From positions 248,001 through 312,000 of the IMG/VR virus record IMGVR_UViG_3300031951_000003: DNA of 64,000 nucleotides. One strand, given 5' to 3'. A model generated the notes under the pieces. It was not told the origin of the DNA and ran no database searches. It worked only from the letters and a program-made list of their open reading frames with translations. Positions within the stretch are counted from its first letter, which is position 1; every line of letters starts with the position of its first letter. The translations under genes were made by a program, and so were the position numbers. Shown here one piece after another: positions 7,160 to 16,871 of the stretch.

Positions 7160-9312
7160 ACTGTGAAATCTCTCACAAAAAATTTACTTGACCTCATTCT
7201 CAAAAATATTGTTTTTGGTTTCTCAGGCACTGTTCCAAAAAATGGTATTGTGGTTGAACCTATACTAATATCTGAAATACCACCTGCTTTAGCAACATCT
7301 ACTGCAAAGGTTGCACAATTCGAATCACCACCCTCTGTCAAATCTATGAATGAGTAACTTCTTGGTTTACTAGCCTCGTTCACAGAGTCTGTGAAATTAG
7401 GTAATCTCATAACATTTGTCCACATTGTTAGATTTGGACCGTCTTTGAAAGTTTTGGCTTTACAAGTTCTTGCAACATCACCAGCATTTGTGAAGTTTCC
7501 TTGTGAATCTATAGTCGCAATTTTCCCCATTTCAGTTTTCAAAACCTTTCCGTTTCCATCGTTATCGTAAGGTCCAAACTCATATAATTTTACAATACCT
7601 GTATGGTCAACTAAAATACAACCTCCATGTCCAGTGGCATATATTTTGATTTCTCTCTTTCCAACTTGTTCATTCAAACCTAAATAATCCTCTACCCACT
7701 CCAATGCTCTTCCGTGGAATGCTAATATGCGAGCAATCCAAGAATCTGTCATTGAAGGTCTATATTTCGGAAAAACAAAGAACATAAAAAAACCTGATTG
7801 ATTTTTGTCTATGGGTTGAAGTGACTTAAAAACAAAATCATCCTTCTGTCTTGCAATTGATAAACTTGGTACTCTAATGTCCCCCGAAGAGGGATTGTAC
7901 TGTTCCTCCAATTTTGACTCAGATTGAGAAATTTTTTCCTTTAACTTTCTGAAGAAATCTGAAGCCAACATTTTTGTAAATTTTACATATGGTGCATCTT
8001 CTCTTTCAGGGTCATATCTATATTGACCTTCGGGTGGTCTTTTGGACCTACCAAGATAGTTCAATCCACTTATATTCGTGATACACTTGTGACCTCCAGA
8101 GTTTGCGTTGATTAATTCCCAAGCACTTACATTAATATTATCTAAGATACTTTTTTCTTCATCTGTTAATGATGTAAATGGTTTTGACATCATTTCTTTA
8201 AGTCTATTCAAAGCCTCTTCTCCTCTTTCTTGTTCTGCAAATTTTTCACCATAAACCGCATTAAAATCCTCGAATGTAAACCCAACACTTTCAGGGTTAA
8301 CACCTGTTTCACTAATCCATTTTATCGTTGATAACGGGACTTTTCTTTCCTTGAGTTGAGCTTCATACTTTGCAATGACCTCTTTAGCAATCTCTCCGAG
8401 ATTAACACCTTTGAGCTTCCTTTCCTTTTTAAAAGGATTGCATGATACTTGAAGTAATCCCATCGGCCATGCCATGATGAGAAAGTCTGCTTCAGGGTTA
8501 TTTCTAAATGGGGTATACCTGTCATAAGAGCCAGGCTTAACCATACTACCTCCACCATATTGGTAAATGATATTATCTTCAACATGGGGAAATCCTTTCA
8601 TTTGTTTTGCATAATCTTGTGCGTGTTTTTGTAGTTCTTCTGGTTTTGGTGCATTTGTATCTTTCATCCATGTTTTGATGTTACTAAGTATATTCATCAA
8701 AGATGGTTCTGAATTCATTACAAGTCGCTCCAAAAATCCTTTCTTGTTTTTGAATGCTAAAATGAGTTTGTTTATAACGAAACCCAATAACATTTTGTTT
8801 CTTTGTAACGGCTTTTCTTTATCTAATCTAAAAAGATAATTGACTACCTCCTCGGGACTTATATCTTGTCTAGCGAAATCTGCGGAGTCAACAGTGTTAA
8901 TCAATAAAACGTCAGATGAGGGAAATAAATCTTTGGGTGAAATTATTTGTGAGATTGTTTCCACGTTTGAACGTGCTTGTCTAAATGATTTCGAAGCACC
9001 TTTTTCCGCACCTATTTGTTTGTCATGATGGTCCGTGTGGATAACGAACATTGGTTTACCATGAGCAAAGTCAACCAAAACAGGCATGGTATCACCCTTA
9101 GCGTCATTCTTCTTAACCGCAAATTCTTTTTCCCCATATTGTATTACGTGAACATCTACCACATCAATACCATTGTTCTCAAGGTATTTTTTCATCGCAA
9201 TAGCAGTAGTTACACCATCTAAATCTTGGTGGAAATATATTTCAGCCTTCGGGTATCTTTTTCTTAATGCGGAAATATCTCTTAAACCTGTCTCAGTTAT
9301 TAGGTTCTTCAT
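7156..9312 (-). CDS. DHH-family phosphoesterase fused to a C-terminal His...Asn-Cys (permuted papain-like) domain
   Basis: HQDLDG, LVDF, TDHH and GGH motifs; C-terminal GHGG...YEFGPY...SNCATF. Confidence 0.7.
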   Translation of the reverse strand: MKNLITETGLRDISALRKRYPKAEIYFHQDLDGVTTAIAMKKYLENNGIDVVDVHVIQYGEKEFAVKKNDAKGDTMPVLVDFAHGKPMFVIHTDHHDKQIGAEKGASKSFRQARSNVETISQIISPKDLFPSSDVLLINTVDSADFARQDISPEEVVNYLFRLDKEKPLQRNKMLLGFVINKLILAFKNKKGFLERLVMNSEPSLMNILSNIKTWMKDTNAPKPEELQKHAQDYAKQMKGFPHVEDNIIYQYGGGSMVKPGSYDRYTPFRNNPEADFLIMAWPMGLLQVSCNPFKKERKLKGVNLGEIAKEVIAKYEAQLKERKVPLSTIKWISETGVNPESVGFTFEDFNAVYGEKFAEQERGEEALNRLKEMMSKPFTSLTDEEKSILDNINVSAWELINANSGGHKCITNISGLNYLGRSKRPPEGQYRYDPEREDAPYVKFTKMLASDFFRKLKEKISQSESKLEEQYNPSSGDIRVPSLSIARQKDDFVFKSLQPIDKNQSGFFMFFVFPKYRPSMTDSWIARILAFHGRALEWVEDYLGLNEQVGKREIKIYATGHGGCILVDHTGIVKLYEFGPYDNDGNGKVLKTEMGKIATIDSQGNFTNAGDVARTCKAKTFKDGPNLTMWTNVMRLPNFTDSVNEASKPRSYSFIDLTEGGDSNCATFAVDVAKAGGISDISIGSTTIPFFGTVPEKPKTIFLRMRSSKFFVRDFTV

Positions 9313-9683
9313 TAATATTTCAGAGTCAACAAGTATTTCGATTTATTAATCAAACCTAACATTTCATCTCTTAGATTCAATAAATCTGTATCATATCTCG
9401 AGTCCAATTGGTCAGAGATTCCAACTAAAAATTCTGTGATTCCGTCCATGAAATTCTGAATACTTAACTTACTGATGTCTTGAAACATCAATCCAAACTC
9501 AGGTTCAAATTCAGGTCTACCATACTTTCCCATCATGGTTTCAGTGAACTCATCAATGAGACCATCTAATCCCTCATAAATTGCACCGTAGGTTTTATGT
9601 TTTGCATCACCAAACGTCTGCCAGTGTAAAAATCTCCATTGAATTTGGATTTGGACTAATTTTTTTATCAATTCTTCTTTCAT
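9312..9683 (-). CDS. ferritin/Dps-like four-helix protein (DUF5856-like)
   Basis: LHWQT...AKHK...LIDEF.E..MGKYGR...LLNLRDEM...YLL. Confidence 0.75.
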   Translation of the reverse strand: MKEELIKKLVQIQIQWRFLHWQTFGDAKHKTYGAIYEGLDGLIDEFTETMMGKYGRPEFEPEFGLMFQDISKLSIQNFMDGITEFLVGISDQLDSRYDTDLLNLRDEMLGLINKSKYLLTLKY

Positions 9684-9698
9684 ATAATTTAAATATTA

Positions 9699-10913
9699 CT
9701 AAGGTAAAGGATTTAACGAACCCGAAAACATATTACTAAACATGTTTTGAACTGGATTATTTTCTTTCGGTTTTTCAGATGAACTTTGAGGTTTGTAAGC
9801 ACCAGAACCAAAAAGAGGTTGAATTTGCCCATACCCTACTTTACCTGAACCACCATCTTGACCTGCATCAGCGTTTATTGCTTGGTTAAAGTCCGACTCA
9901 AAATTATTTTGAGCTTCTTCTGTTTTATTATAGTTTTCCATATTTTTCAGAAGTTCGTCTTCACCAATTTTAGCCGCCAATTCATCGGGTCCGACAAAAT
10001 TTGCAATATTCATATAATCTAATAATCCCATCCACCATTTTGTTTGTCTCATTAAACTTCTTACGGATGCATTTCTATTCAATAGTTGAGGCATTCCTCT
10101 GAAAACACTTTTCCAAGACAAAATTCCTTTGGTTGTTCTATAACCTGAAAATAAACCTGGTGCTTCTTTAGCTAGTTTGGTAAGTTCTTCGAGTGCCGCT
10201 AGTTGTTTAGCTTTTGACCATACTCCAACAGATGTAGTTGCAGTTTTCAATCCTGTCATACCCCTCACTATTTCTTGACCTGTTTTTCTCAAAGGTGCTG
10301 TTGCTTTATTATAATTAGCGAATAAATCAAACCATTGTAAAACAGTTTTCTTTAACCCTCCCATCAATGGCATCGGAACTCTTTCGATATATCCTCTTAA
10401 CTTACCAGCGATTTTACTGAAAGCTGAAACAAATCTTCCTGTCACACCACCCATCGCGGTTATATTATCAAGCATTTTAGCCGCTTCGGCTGTTTTTCCT
10501 GCTTCAACCAAGGCGGTAACTTTTCTCAAATTCTTCACGCCAGGACCACCAATTTTGAGGGCTGCCATCATAGGTTTGGCAACGATGTCTCCAGCATATG
10601 GTAAAGCTGAAATGATTGATAATAATCCGAATAATTTATCTCCTTGTTTCAAATAAGAGATACCGTTTACTAAATCAACTACCCCTGTTGGGTCAAAAAT
10701 TCCAACGATATCACCAAGGGTGTTATACCACTTTGCTTCGTTTACTAATTTACCCTTTGATGGATATAGAACACACAGTGTTTCGACGATTTGTTTTTTT
10801 TCCTCTTTGGAAAACTTTGACCAACTTTCTTCGGCAAGCCTATAATTGTCTTGCTTGAGAATTTCTAAATTCAAAAGTTGGAGTTGTTTTTCAGAAATTA
10901 TAAATTCTGCCAT
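9699..10913 (-). CDS. probable internal virion protein with a pre-toxin-TG-like helical segment
   Basis: DIVGIFDPTGVVDLVNGISY..GD...LSIISALPYAGD; N-terminal IISE motif; TATTTAT promoter. Confidence 0.6.
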   Translation of the reverse strand: MAEFIISEKQLQLLNLEILKQDNYRLAEESWSKFSKEEKKQIVETLCVLYPSKGKLVNEAKWYNTLGDIVGIFDPTGVVDLVNGISYLKQGDKLFGLLSIISALPYAGDIVAKPMMAALKIGGPGVKNLRKVTALVEAGKTAEAAKMLDNITAMGGVTGRFVSAFSKIAGKLRGYIERVPMPLMGGLKKTVLQWFDLFANYNKATAPLRKTGQEIVRGMTGLKTATTSVGVWSKAKQLAALEELTKLAKEAPGLFSGYRTTKGILSWKSVFRGMPQLLNRNASVRSLMRQTKWWMGLLDYMNIANFVGPDELAAKIGEDELLKNMENYNKTEEAQNNFESDFNQAINADAGQDGGSGKVGYGQIQPLFGSGAYKPQSSSEKPKENNPVQNMFSNMFSGSLNPLP

Positions 10914-10945
10914 GGATACTTTTTCTTATAAATATCCCTCGGATA

Positions 10946-10972
10946 TAAAAAAAGGAGGTTAGACCTCCTTTT
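10946..10972 (-). terminator. intrinsic terminator
   Basis: AAAGGAGGT-CTA-ACCTCCTTT then a T run, at the methyltransferase stop. Confidence 0.7.
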
Positions 10973-11822
10973 CAAAATCAAGTTCTGGTTGATTTTTTTT
11001 ATCTATAAAATGTTGAACTCTTTTTCGAGCGACTTCCGCATAATTAGGACTGAGTTCAATCCCTATCCACCTTCTATCTAATATCTCTGCCGCACATGCA
11101 CTTGTTCCACTTCCCATGAATGGGTCAAGAACCAAATCGTTCTTATAGGTTAATATTTTTATGGCTTTCGCTGGAATATCCATTGAGAAGGTTGCCTTGG
11201 TAAGTTGTTTTGTATCAGCGAAATAGTCCCATTGACCATATACTAAATCCATAAACTCACGTTTTTGCTCCTCAGTATACATTGTCTTATTTCTTTTTTT
11301 TCCATCCTCACTCTCGATTTCCTCAACAACTCCAACCCATTGCGGCTCCCCCTTAATCTTTTTGATTCTATCTTTTTTATATGCTAAAATCACACATTCT
11401 TTCGGATTGTAGATATAAGGAGAGGACGGTGACATCCATGAGCCCCAAGCAGTGGTCTTACTTCTATGTGGTGAGTTTTCATTCAGGTCAACCAGTCCGT
11501 AAAACTTATAACCAATTTTTTGCATGATTGACCATAATTCCGAAACCATGAAAATTCTCCCACCTTTATCTTGTCTATTGATTTCATAAGGTATGTTCAG
11601 GGCAATTCTTCCGTCGTCTTTCAAAAGTCTGAAAGCTTGGGTCAACCATTTTTTTGAAAATTCCTTGTAATCTTCAAATTGAACGTCGTCGTCATGAACA
11701 TCGTATTCGATTCCAACACCATACGGTGGTGATGTTACAATTAAATCAATTGATTTCTCAGGTAGGGTCTTCATGACTTCAACACAATCTCCTTGAGTTA
11801 TTTTTCTTATATAATTTTCCAT
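10959..11822 (-). CDS. DNA N4-cytosine/N6-adenine methyltransferase (beta class)
   Basis: IVTSPPY catalytic motif near the N-terminus; VLDPFMGSGT SAM-binding motif near the C-terminus. Confidence 0.92.
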   Translation of the reverse strand: MENYIRKITQGDCVEVMKTLPEKSIDLIVTSPPYGVGIEYDVHDDDVQFEDYKEFSKKWLTQAFRLLKDDGRIALNIPYEINRQDKGGRIFMVSELWSIMQKIGYKFYGLVDLNENSPHRSKTTAWGSWMSPSSPYIYNPKECVILAYKKDRIKKIKGEPQWVGVVEEIESEDGKKRNKTMYTEEQKREFMDLVYGQWDYFADTKQLTKATFSMDIPAKAIKILTYKNDLVLDPFMGSGTSACAAEILDRRWIGIELSPNYAEVARKRVQHFIDKKNQPELDFEKEV

Positions 11823-12223
11823 TACAACTTTCCCTCTTGTTTCATTTGTTCTCTAATCTTTGTTGCAGAGATATCATGAATGTCCTGAGGTGGAACATGT
11901 TCAATAATATCATAACCTACTCCTCTTCCAAAATTGACAGATTCAATATCGGGTATGACAATTACTTTTACCGTTTGGTCACTGAGCAATTGCCATAATT
12001 CTTTTTTTATGTTCGCCTCAACTTCTTGAGCGGAAAAAGGATTTTTTTCATCAGGGGCAATATCCCTAATACAAATCAAAACATTTTTACCTTCGTTGAG
12101 TCTTTGGTCAATCAACCATCTGTGTCCAGCATGCCACGGTTGCCATCTTCCGATAAACATGGAATACTGTTTTGCCCCCGTGTTTTTTAACTTAGGGTCA
12201 CCCTCTACGTGAATTTTTTGCAT
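11822..12223 (-). CDS. HxGH nucleotidyltransferase (cytidylyltransferase-like; candidate minimal ATP sulfurylase)
   Basis: GRWQPWHAGH and ISATKIR motifs; overlaps the APS kinase gene. Confidence 0.8.
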   Translation of the reverse strand: MQKIHVEGDPKLKNTGAKQYSMFIGRWQPWHAGHRWLIDQRLNEGKNVLICIRDIAPDEKNPFSAQEVEANIKKELWQLLSDQTVKVIVIPDIESVNFGRGVGYDIIEHVPPQDIHDISATKIREQMKQEGKL

Positions 12224-12647
12224 AGTCTAAAACTTTTTTTGCAGATACCTCAACACTTTCATTTGTGGTGTCGATACTAAGATATCTTTCGGTAGGTGCC
12301 TCATATTCTTTAACAAAGAAACTTTCTCTTCCTCTTACCTCTGTTGTATGAATATAAACCTCAACCATATTATCCCCCATCTTCTGTTTGAACTTGTCTC
12401 GTTGGTCTTTGTAAGGGGAAACCAACGATACTAATACATCTTTACCTTTGTTGTGAAGGTATTGAGCGATTTGTTGTGCGAGTTCTATGTTCTTTCTTCT
12501 CCCTGTTTCAGAATAATCTTTATTATCGAATAAATCTCTTAGGTCATCACCGTCGATATGAAATATTCTATGGTCTCTAATGTCCAAGATTTCGTTACAG
12601 ATTGTTGTTTTGCCAGCACCAGGCTGTCCTGTTAACCAGTATATCAT
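12198..12647 (-). CDS. cysC: adenylylsulfate (APS) kinase
   Basis: WLTGQPGAGKTT, IDGDDLR, SLVSPY and YEAP motifs. Confidence 0.85.
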   Translation of the reverse strand: MIYWLTGQPGAGKTTICNEILDIRDHRIFHIDGDDLRDLFDNKDYSETGRRKNIELAQQIAQYLHNKGKDVLVSLVSPYKDQRDKFKQKMGDNMVEVYIHTTEVRGRESFFVKEYEAPTERYLSIDTTNESVEVSAKKVLDYAKNSRRG

Positions 12648-12826
12648 TTTTTGTCCTCCAATTGTTTTATTCTCAATTCATTAACGAATGATGAACCCAT
12701 CCAAAGAAGTGTAATGAACTGCCAAGTAAAGTCTTTACCATCAATAAAAGAAAGTATTATCGAACCTATCACACCAATAAAACCTAACAAGAAACAGGTC
12801 TTTGCTAGTAAACTCAATTTATTCAT
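12644..12826 (-). CDS. small two-TM membrane protein
   Basis: Two hydrophobic segments; coupled overlaps. Confidence 0.65.
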   Translation of the reverse strand: MNKLSLLAKTCFLLGFIGVIGSIILSFIDGKDFTWQFITLLWMGSSFVNELRIKQLEDKK

Positions 12827-13046
12827 TTTCTAAATTTTGTATTTTTCGGTTTAAGTAAAATGAAGCCTTTTTGAGGTCTTCTAATTCTTTTGAAGAATCT
12901 TTTTTACCGGCTCTTGCAACGTATTTGACTACATTGAAGAGATATGCATCTTTGTGTAACTCCCAAGCCTCACAAACTTTAATCACCTCGTAAGGATTTT
13001 CTTCTCCACCATAATGATTCGGGTGGTTTACCATTTCTTTACTCAT
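12819..13046 (-). CDS. DUF3310-family protein
   Basis: VNHPNHY...NVVKYVARAGKK...EDLKKA.FYL. Confidence 0.88.
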   Translation of the reverse strand: MSKEMVNHPNHYGGEENPYEVIKVCEAWELHKDAYLFNVVKYVARAGKKDSSKELEDLKKASFYLNRKIQNLENE

Positions 13047-13234
13047 TATCTAGCATTTAAAGTTGAATCTGAGATTTGACTGTGATTTGTGGGATATGAA
13101 TCCAATTCTTTTTTTATGAACTCTTCTTGGATGTGATTTTGATTTTCATAGTTAACCAAATAAATTATAATTGTTACCCAAGAAGCTAACAAAATAGACA
13201 AGTATATTTTAAGTCCATCATCTAATTTGTTCAT
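13046..13234 (-). CDS. small membrane protein
   Basis: One TM; start revised to ATG 13234, which overlaps the upstream TGA. Confidence 0.55.
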   Translation of the reverse strand: MNKLDDGLKIYLSILLASWVTIIIYLVNYENQNHIQEEFIKKELDSYPTNHSQISDSTLNAR

Positions 13235-13356
13235 TTTTTTGAGCCCCATTTGTTTTCCATGTATTCAATATATCTATGAGTCTTATTTCCATTATACAAC
13301 ATCCATACAATGTAATAGTCAAACCACCAATCTATTTTTTTTAATATTTTTTTCAA
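13231..13356 (-). CDS. small hypothetical protein (41 aa, TTG start)
   Basis: MKKILKKIDWWFDYYIVWMLYNG...; fills the operon gap with ATGA coupling; not in the ORF track. Confidence 0.55.
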   Translation of the reverse strand: MKKILKKIDWWFDYYIVWMLYNGNKTHRYIEYMENKWGSKK

Positions 13357-13361
13357 TGTAA

Positions 13362-13550
13362 TTAAATTTCTTCTACGTTTTGAACGTGAAAGTCTTCACC
13401 TCCTGATGTTTCTTTTTGCCAATGGTCGTCATTGTCATCAATCTCACCACTCTCAACCATTTCGATTGCCTCATCTTCAGTCTCGGCTTCAACGGTGTAG
13501 GTGACATATTCATCAATAGTTCTCACACCTACGATTGTGAATCTTTTCAT
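13362..13550 (-). CDS. small acidic hypothetical protein
   Basis: VEAETEDEAIEMV motif typical of small phage proteins. Confidence 0.7.
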   Translation of the reverse strand: MKRFTIVGVRTIDEYVTYTVEAETEDEAIEMVESGEIDDNDDHWQKETSGGEDFHVQNVEEI

Positions 13551-13551
13551 A

Positions 13552-13767
13552 TTATAAAAAGTATTTTTGTAATGTTTCTAATTTATCATCGGCATCCACC
13601 AACATTTGGAGTGCTTCTTCAGCATTTTTATAGAAATCTCCTGTAGAGTGGTCTCCAATTCCTGATGCATGATTTGATAACAATTCCAAAGTAAGTAATG
13701 CTTTGGCTTTTTGTGCTTCAGCTTCTAAACGAAGCATTTCGATTAAATGATTCTTAACGTTTCCCAT
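13552..13767 (-). CDS. hypothetical protein
   Basis: Helical ORF with GIGDHS motif, in operon. Confidence 0.7.
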   Translation of the reverse strand: MGNVKNHLIEMLRLEAEAQKAKALLTLELLSNHASGIGDHSTGDFYKNAEEALQMLVDADDKLETLQKYFL

Positions 13768-14000
13768 TATTGTTTGTTTTTATGTTTTTCAGATTTTTGA
13801 CCCTTCTTGTAGGGTTTCTTTTCTACTTGTTCGGTTACTTGCTCTGTAGTTTTAGTTTTACGGTTTACAAGTTTCCATTCTGATTTGGGAATATATGCCC
13901 ACATACTCCCAACCATGTTGTAAGCGGTTTTGTCATCAACTCTTTTGATGTCACCGACCTCAACGTCTTTCGATGCTTTTAAAGCTTTAATACACTTCAT
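13767..14000 (-). CDS. basic hypothetical protein
   Basis: Operonic ORF. Confidence 0.7.
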   Translation of the reverse strand: MKCIKALKASKDVEVGDIKRVDDKTAYNMVGSMWAYIPKSEWKLVNRKTKTTEQVTEQVEKKPYKKGQKSEKHKNKQ

Positions 14001-14199
14001 TGGTTTTTTCCTCCATGTTTTTTATAGTTAATAGAATTTCTTTTTCGTTTTTTCCACTTTTGTAATATTCATAAACTTTTGAACTCAGTTCATCTTCAAA
14101 AATTAACATATCACTTTTTCCATAATAATCTTTAAGACTATTGTTTTCAAGTGCTTTCAATGTGTATTCAGCTGAAATAATTCTTTTGTTGAATCCCAT
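13987..14199 (-). CDS. hypothetical protein
   Basis: TATTTTTG box 4 nt before the ATG. Confidence 0.7.
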   Translation of the reverse strand: MGFNKRIISAEYTLKALENNSLKDYYGKSDMLIFEDELSSKVYEYYKSGKNEKEILLTIKNMEEKTNEVY

Positions 14200-14217
14200 A
14201 AAACAAAAATAATAATT

Positions 14218-14997
14218 TTATAGTTCAGAGTCAAAATTATTTATTTTTTCTAAATTAACAATCTGAAAAACGTATGCCATTATTTTTCTTTTCATTATGG
14301 GTAAGAAAGTTTCCTCCATTGGGAAATCATTCGTGGACTTCAATTCAAAAATAGGTAAATCTTTAAAATGTTCTTCTTCATTCCAAGTTGAGAAGGTTTC
14401 TATAATTGAGTTCAACGTTACATCACTTGGTAATGTGTTGTATATGAGGTTTAAATAAATTTTACTATTGAAATTCTCGTTCTCGGGTTTTTTTATTTCA
14501 TATTCCCAAATGAAAATTTCATTCAAGGATTTTTTGAAATAGTAAACATACCCCTTCCCCGCGGCTAAATTATTTTTATTTCTTTTGAGACTGAGGTCCA
14601 TGTGGTCGTAAGCCATGTTCCAAATTGACTTAGCCATATTGAAGGCGTCAAATAATTTGTTACCAGAATATTTGATTGTCTTGTCAAGTTCATTGGATTC
14701 AGAATCACTTAATTGTCTTGGTTTTTTTTGAACCAATTCTTTAAGAAGAATCTCATCATCACATGACTCGAATGTCTTATTTGTAAGTAGTAACCTATTT
14801 TCTTTGACAAGTGATTGTATGTTAGCCAAATGAAGTGAAAGTTCTACAAAGTCAGGATAAATTTGTAGATTGTTGAAATTGTTTTCGCACTTCTGAAGGT
14901 AATCCAATAAAGTATATTTGTTGTATTCGAAGTCAACAGGTTTTTTCAACATCCAATCGGGCTTCAATCTGAACGGTTGTTTCTTTTGTCTAGCCAT
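14218..14997 (-). CDS. hypothetical protein
   Basis: 259-aa ORF. Confidence 0.8.
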   Translation of the reverse strand: MARQKKQPFRLKPDWMLKKPVDFEYNKYTLLDYLQKCENNFNNLQIYPDFVELSLHLANIQSLVKENRLLLTNKTFESCDDEILLKELVQKKPRQLSDSESNELDKTIKYSGNKLFDAFNMAKSIWNMAYDHMDLSLKRNKNNLAAGKGYVYYFKKSLNEIFIWEYEIKKPENENFNSKIYLNLIYNTLPSDVTLNSIIETFSTWNEEEHFKDLPIFELKSTNDFPMEETFLPIMKRKIMAYVFQIVNLEKINNFDSEL

Positions 14998-15023
14998 AAC
15001 AAAAAGATAATTTATTATAACTA

Positions 15024-16784
15024 TTAATCAATTCTCATTACGTAAAACCATTGGTCTTGAATTTTCACCTCATCAGCATTCCCATCGTAAGAATTAAGTG
15101 TTTGCCCAAATCCATCAGCATCTATCACCCCTTGTATAAATTCATCTTTGTCTATAAATTGTTCCCAGTCAATCCCATGCTCATTTAAAAAACCTTCGGG
15201 GTCTCTCATAACATCATCAACTAATTCATCAACTTTTTCTTCAACCAAATCATCAGGGAATTCTCCATCAGGGTCGTTCTCAATATCATCGATTTCATCC
15301 TGATATTCTACTATCAATTCACTTAGTTCATCTATTTTATCTTGAATCGAATCATCATCTCCCCCGTCCCCAATTAGTTCCTCAAATCTCTCAATTTCTA
15401 CTTCGGTTCTTTTTATTCTCATTTTGAGAATTTCGATTTCTTCTTTTTGTTTGGAAGATAATTGTCTCTCACTTTCATCCAAATAAACCTCAGGATTTTG
15501 ATATACATCGTCCCCTAAGTAGTCTCTTGCATAGTCCGCGACTTGTTCATCGTCAATGAAACCTCTCGCAAACCCACTACTGAAACCGCCATAACCAATA
15601 TCGTCAATTAATGAATCCACCCTTTCCTCACAACTTGATTGCATTTCACCCTCCGTTCCCACCGCATATTTTCTATCACTCAAACCTGCATCTATTACCT
15701 CAAATTCCGTGCAATCATAATACTCTCCTGTGGGTATTATGTTGTATACATCAATTTTTTCCTCTAATTCATTCAACTCATCCTCTAAGTCACTGATTTC
15801 GTCTAAAATGTCTGTTTCTACTTCCTCACTATTATCGTATTGGTTTTTAAGTCTCTCGATTTCATCTTTAAGTCTCTGAATTTCTATTCTGTCCTCATTT
15901 GTCAACGCTGAAACGTCACTTGTGTCAACCAACCAATCTAAAAGGGCGTGGGCTTTCAAACCCTCTTCAGGACAATCGGGACCAAGAGCCCATTCATTTT
16001 CCATCCTTCTCTCCTCAGCATCGTCTCTCATTTGCCTTAATATTCTTGCTTGTCTTAGTGCTTCTTGTCTCTCTTTTTCTTTTTTCGCGGCTTCTTTGTC
16101 ATTAAAAATCTTTATTTGTTCAGAATACTCTGAGTTCATGTATTCAGTTATCTGATTAATTATCTCATTGTATTTAGCGGTGCCCACATGAGCAGGATAT
16201 ATATTTGTTTGTTGGTCTGTGGCCGTGAAAAAACTTTTGTTACCGTCAAATTTGTTGAGCAAGGCTACTTTGTAGAATGGGTCAGATGAATCAGCACTTC
16301 TATCTAAAATATAAAACAATTTACCCTCTGTGTTATAATAATTGAATTGGTGGTCTGAACTTGCCACGGTGCACCACTTTGTTCCTTTACCGTAATAGCA
16401 TGAAGCCTGATGTGTTTGAGGATTCACAACAAAAAATCTTCCATCATCGAAAACAACTTTACCACCCTCAACTTGTTTATAATCTCTTCTTGGTCTGTTC
16501 GCATATTTTTGTAATTCATCACTGAGTTCGGAAACACTTTTATATGAATTAATATCAGTTTTAGGTAGGTTTGATGAAATCTTATCAAATTCTCTAAGTT
16601 TTCTGACTAAGTCTTGAAAGTTAGATTCAAAGTTCATCACCTCAAAGTTTTTGGCAACCCAATCCCAAAATTTTTGAGGAACGTTATCAATGATTTTTTT
16701 CAATTGCTCCTCAGAAAATTTCGTTCCATACTTAGCTTTGAGTTCTTCTGATTTGTTTTCTAATATTAATTCTAAAATTTTCAT
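15024..16784 (-). CDS. PcfJ-like 'YG..T.WCT' domain fused to a very acidic C-terminal region; probable head-packaged protein
   Basis: HQASCYYGKGTKWCT motif; D/E-rich C-terminal half; start at ATG 16784 (MKILELILE). Confidence 0.7.
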   Translation of the reverse strand: MKILELILENKSEELKAKYGTKFSEEQLKKIIDNVPQKFWDWVAKNFEVMNFESNFQDLVRKLREFDKISSNLPKTDINSYKSVSELSDELQKYANRPRRDYKQVEGGKVVFDDGRFFVVNPQTHQASCYYGKGTKWCTVASSDHQFNYYNTEGKLFYILDRSADSSDPFYKVALLNKFDGNKSFFTATDQQTNIYPAHVGTAKYNEIINQITEYMNSEYSEQIKIFNDKEAAKKEKERQEALRQARILRQMRDDAEERRMENEWALGPDCPEEGLKAHALLDWLVDTSDVSALTNEDRIEIQRLKDEIERLKNQYDNSEEVETDILDEISDLEDELNELEEKIDVYNIIPTGEYYDCTEFEVIDAGLSDRKYAVGTEGEMQSSCEERVDSLIDDIGYGGFSSGFARGFIDDEQVADYARDYLGDDVYQNPEVYLDESERQLSSKQKEEIEILKMRIKRTEVEIERFEELIGDGGDDDSIQDKIDELSELIVEYQDEIDDIENDPDGEFPDDLVEEKVDELVDDVMRDPEGFLNEHGIDWEQFIDKDEFIQGVIDADGFGQTLNSYDGNADEVKIQDQWFYVMRID

Positions 16785-16871
16785 CAAGTTTTCTTTAATA
16801 AATATCTTTTTTTAATTATAATTGGTTGGAAGTAATATTTATATAAATAAAAACTAAAAAATCTTTTTACC

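Noticed and set aside
10959-12647. DNA phosphorothioation (Dnd/Ssp) system
   Set aside because: No cysteine desulfurase, PAPS-reductase-like DndC or DndD/E recognised in the window
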